In this document: piece after piece, positions 62,309-64,000 of the stretch
Layout of the letters: each line of letters opens with the position of its first letter
How positions within the stretch are numbered: the stretch's first letter is position 1
NCBI GenBank assembly: GCA_038496445.1
Contig: JALMLS010000079.1
Coordinates: 1 to 64,000 of the forward strand
DNA: 64,000 nt
Origin: Trichosphaerium sp. ATCC 40318
Lineage: Eukaryota; Protista; Tubulinea
Direction of reading: 5' to 3'
The notes under the pieces: generated by a model
The model's input: the letters and a program-made list of their open reading frames with translations, nothing else
Told to the model about the DNA's origin: nothing
Database searches by the model: none
Translations under genes and position numbers: made by a program

Positions 62309-63764
62309 ATGGCCGAGGACGAGTTTAAAATATCGCGTAAACTGCTTTGTGGTCACAAGGGTTCAGTATTGTCTTTAAGCACTCGAGAGGACGCCCAACT
62401 CTTATATTCGAGCAGTGACGTGAGCTGGTGAGCGTAAATTGTTGGTTTATGTCTGTAGGATGGAACTGGTTTTGTATGGGACTTACGTACCGCGAAAAGG
62501 TGTTTACGCAGCGCATAGTATGTGCTCACGCTGTTTAGAGTACGATGCGTTTGTGCGCCAGCCAAACAGCCTATTAATTGTATAACTACATCCCCTGTTG
62601 ATGGGAATATGTTATATGTTGCGTCAGGGTCATCTGTACGTTGTTGTGAGTGCGTGGCTGATAAACTGAGGTTTAATGCAGGTCTTATGCTTTGATCTAC
62701 GCAATACTGCTCTGGTTATGCAAAAATACGATCGGCAAGTATTGAAATGCAAGGATGATGTAAATCACGTGCGTTCACTAGGTTGTTTTTTTGGGTTGTG
62801 TCATGTTTGCAACAGATAAGTTTCAGCCTCAATGGCGATGTTATGGCGACCTCTGATGATGATGGTAATTGCCAAACTGTCACGACGTACTAAATTCGAT
62901 GTAGGCACAATCAACGTACTCGCCATAAAATCTGCCAGTGCGACTCCTTGTACGCTCACTGGGCACTCCAATGTGCGGTAGACTACATAGAATATATTTG
63001 TAAACTGAAAGCTGTCATAGATAGTATCAATGGCAAACTTTCATCCTGGCAATGCGGACCTCCTCGTTTCTGCTGGATTAGATTGCTGCATCTATGAGTG
63101 GTCTCTATCCAGCAGATCAATCATCAAGGACTTGACTCCTCCACGAGAATTGACAGGTGAGGTGTTCAATCCTCCACTAGTTCATGCCTTGGATATATCT
63201 GCAGACGGTTCACTCTTGGTAGCTGCCATTTTACACGACATGTAGCTCTAACATAACACGATAGGCGTGTGCCCGTGGTGATGGTTCAGTGACATTACAG
63301 CAGCTTCCATGTGGTGAATGGTTGGAAGTGGATTCTGCGCATGCTGGCGCCACCACATTTGTGTACAAACTCTTCGTTTTGTTTATTAATATGGTCGTTC
63401 TGGAACTAACTATCTTACTTCTCCAGTACGTTCCCAAAGTTTTCCAAAAACGATCATCTGCTATCAAGCGGTGCTGATGGTTGCATCAAAATGTGGTATG
63501 TGGTGCAAGCAACAATGGCAGTTTACTCATGTCAAAATGGTAGGCAAATTGACTCAGAGGACAAAGAAGACTCACGCATACCTTACGACATGTTCCAACT
63601 AGTGCACTTTAAGCACGGTACGTACCTATACAATCTCTTGCATTGCATTTTGACGCGTTGTAGGGAAGCAAATAAATTGGATAACATCCATGCCAGACAC
63701 GCCTACTGGCAACGTTTTTGTTTGTGACCCAAGTGGTGACATCTCAGCGTACAATGTGGTGTAA
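62309..63764 (+). CDS. WD40-repeat protein, WDR53-like
   Basis: LCGHKGSV, LTGHSN|IVSMANFHP, LVSAGLDCCIYEW, FNPPLVHAL and SSGADGCIKMW. Confidence 0.82.
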
Positions 63765-64000
63765 TTTAAAATAAAGTGTTTGAAAATGTAGCCAAGTCTT
63801 TACTTCGAAATGTTAAAACTAAACCCGTTGACTTTGCCTTCGGCTTTGTTGGGTCTGTTGTGGACACTATTTAGTACAAATTGCCTGAATAGCACAAAGG
63901 TTATGTCGTGGGTTTCCAGTACGCATTATTGGGTCGCTGAACGCCATTTTACATAATGTTTTTAACGATAACGCGCAATTCTCACGTTAACGACGTTTAG

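Noticed and set aside
1-64000. tRNA, rRNA, CRISPR arrays, intact transposons, prokaryotic operons
   Set aside because: No cloverleaf or T-loop context, rRNA motif, spaced repeat array, transposase/RT ORF or TIR/LTR pair was seen. The periodic repeats found are protein-coding.
63790-64000. 3' end of a - strand gene at the window edge
   Set aside because: Splice-like signals are present but there is too little sequence to call.

Overview
Compact, intron-rich eukaryotic nuclear DNA with about 26 genes, mostly 35-100 nt introns, GTACGY-type donors and CTAAC/CTGAC branch points. It uses the standard code (TAA, TAG and TGA all terminate genes). Gene content (RWP-RK factor, C2-arrestin, ankyrin-SAM-TKL kinase, ML protein, U12 introns) suggests a free-living protist, probably amoebozoan (inference). 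Housekeeping genes are EF1-beta, SRRM1, TIP41, a TBC RabGAP, eRF1, AVL9, GPATCH3, SPF27, Rab8, Ubc9, an NCL-type Ca exchanger, importin-7/8 and a WD40 protein. Accessory genes include three F-box/LRR family members (one a pseudogene), a REase-fold/kinase effector-like gene and a C2-VIT-vWA-TPR-DUF2135 gene. The most striking signals are at RNA level. (1) eRF1 ends in a leaky UGA-C followed by a stop-free extension, a GC-rich stem and a 3'UTR intron, which suggests readthrough/NMD autoregulation. (2) SRRM1 has a candidate 67-nt poison exon. (3) Three U12-type introns (one AT-AC) lie in adjacent Rab8 and Ubc9. (4) There are 7-9 GC-AG introns, mostly GCACGY. (5) The (RT)CACGTG palindrome is strongly over-represented. 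All gene models were spliced by eye; no database searches were run.
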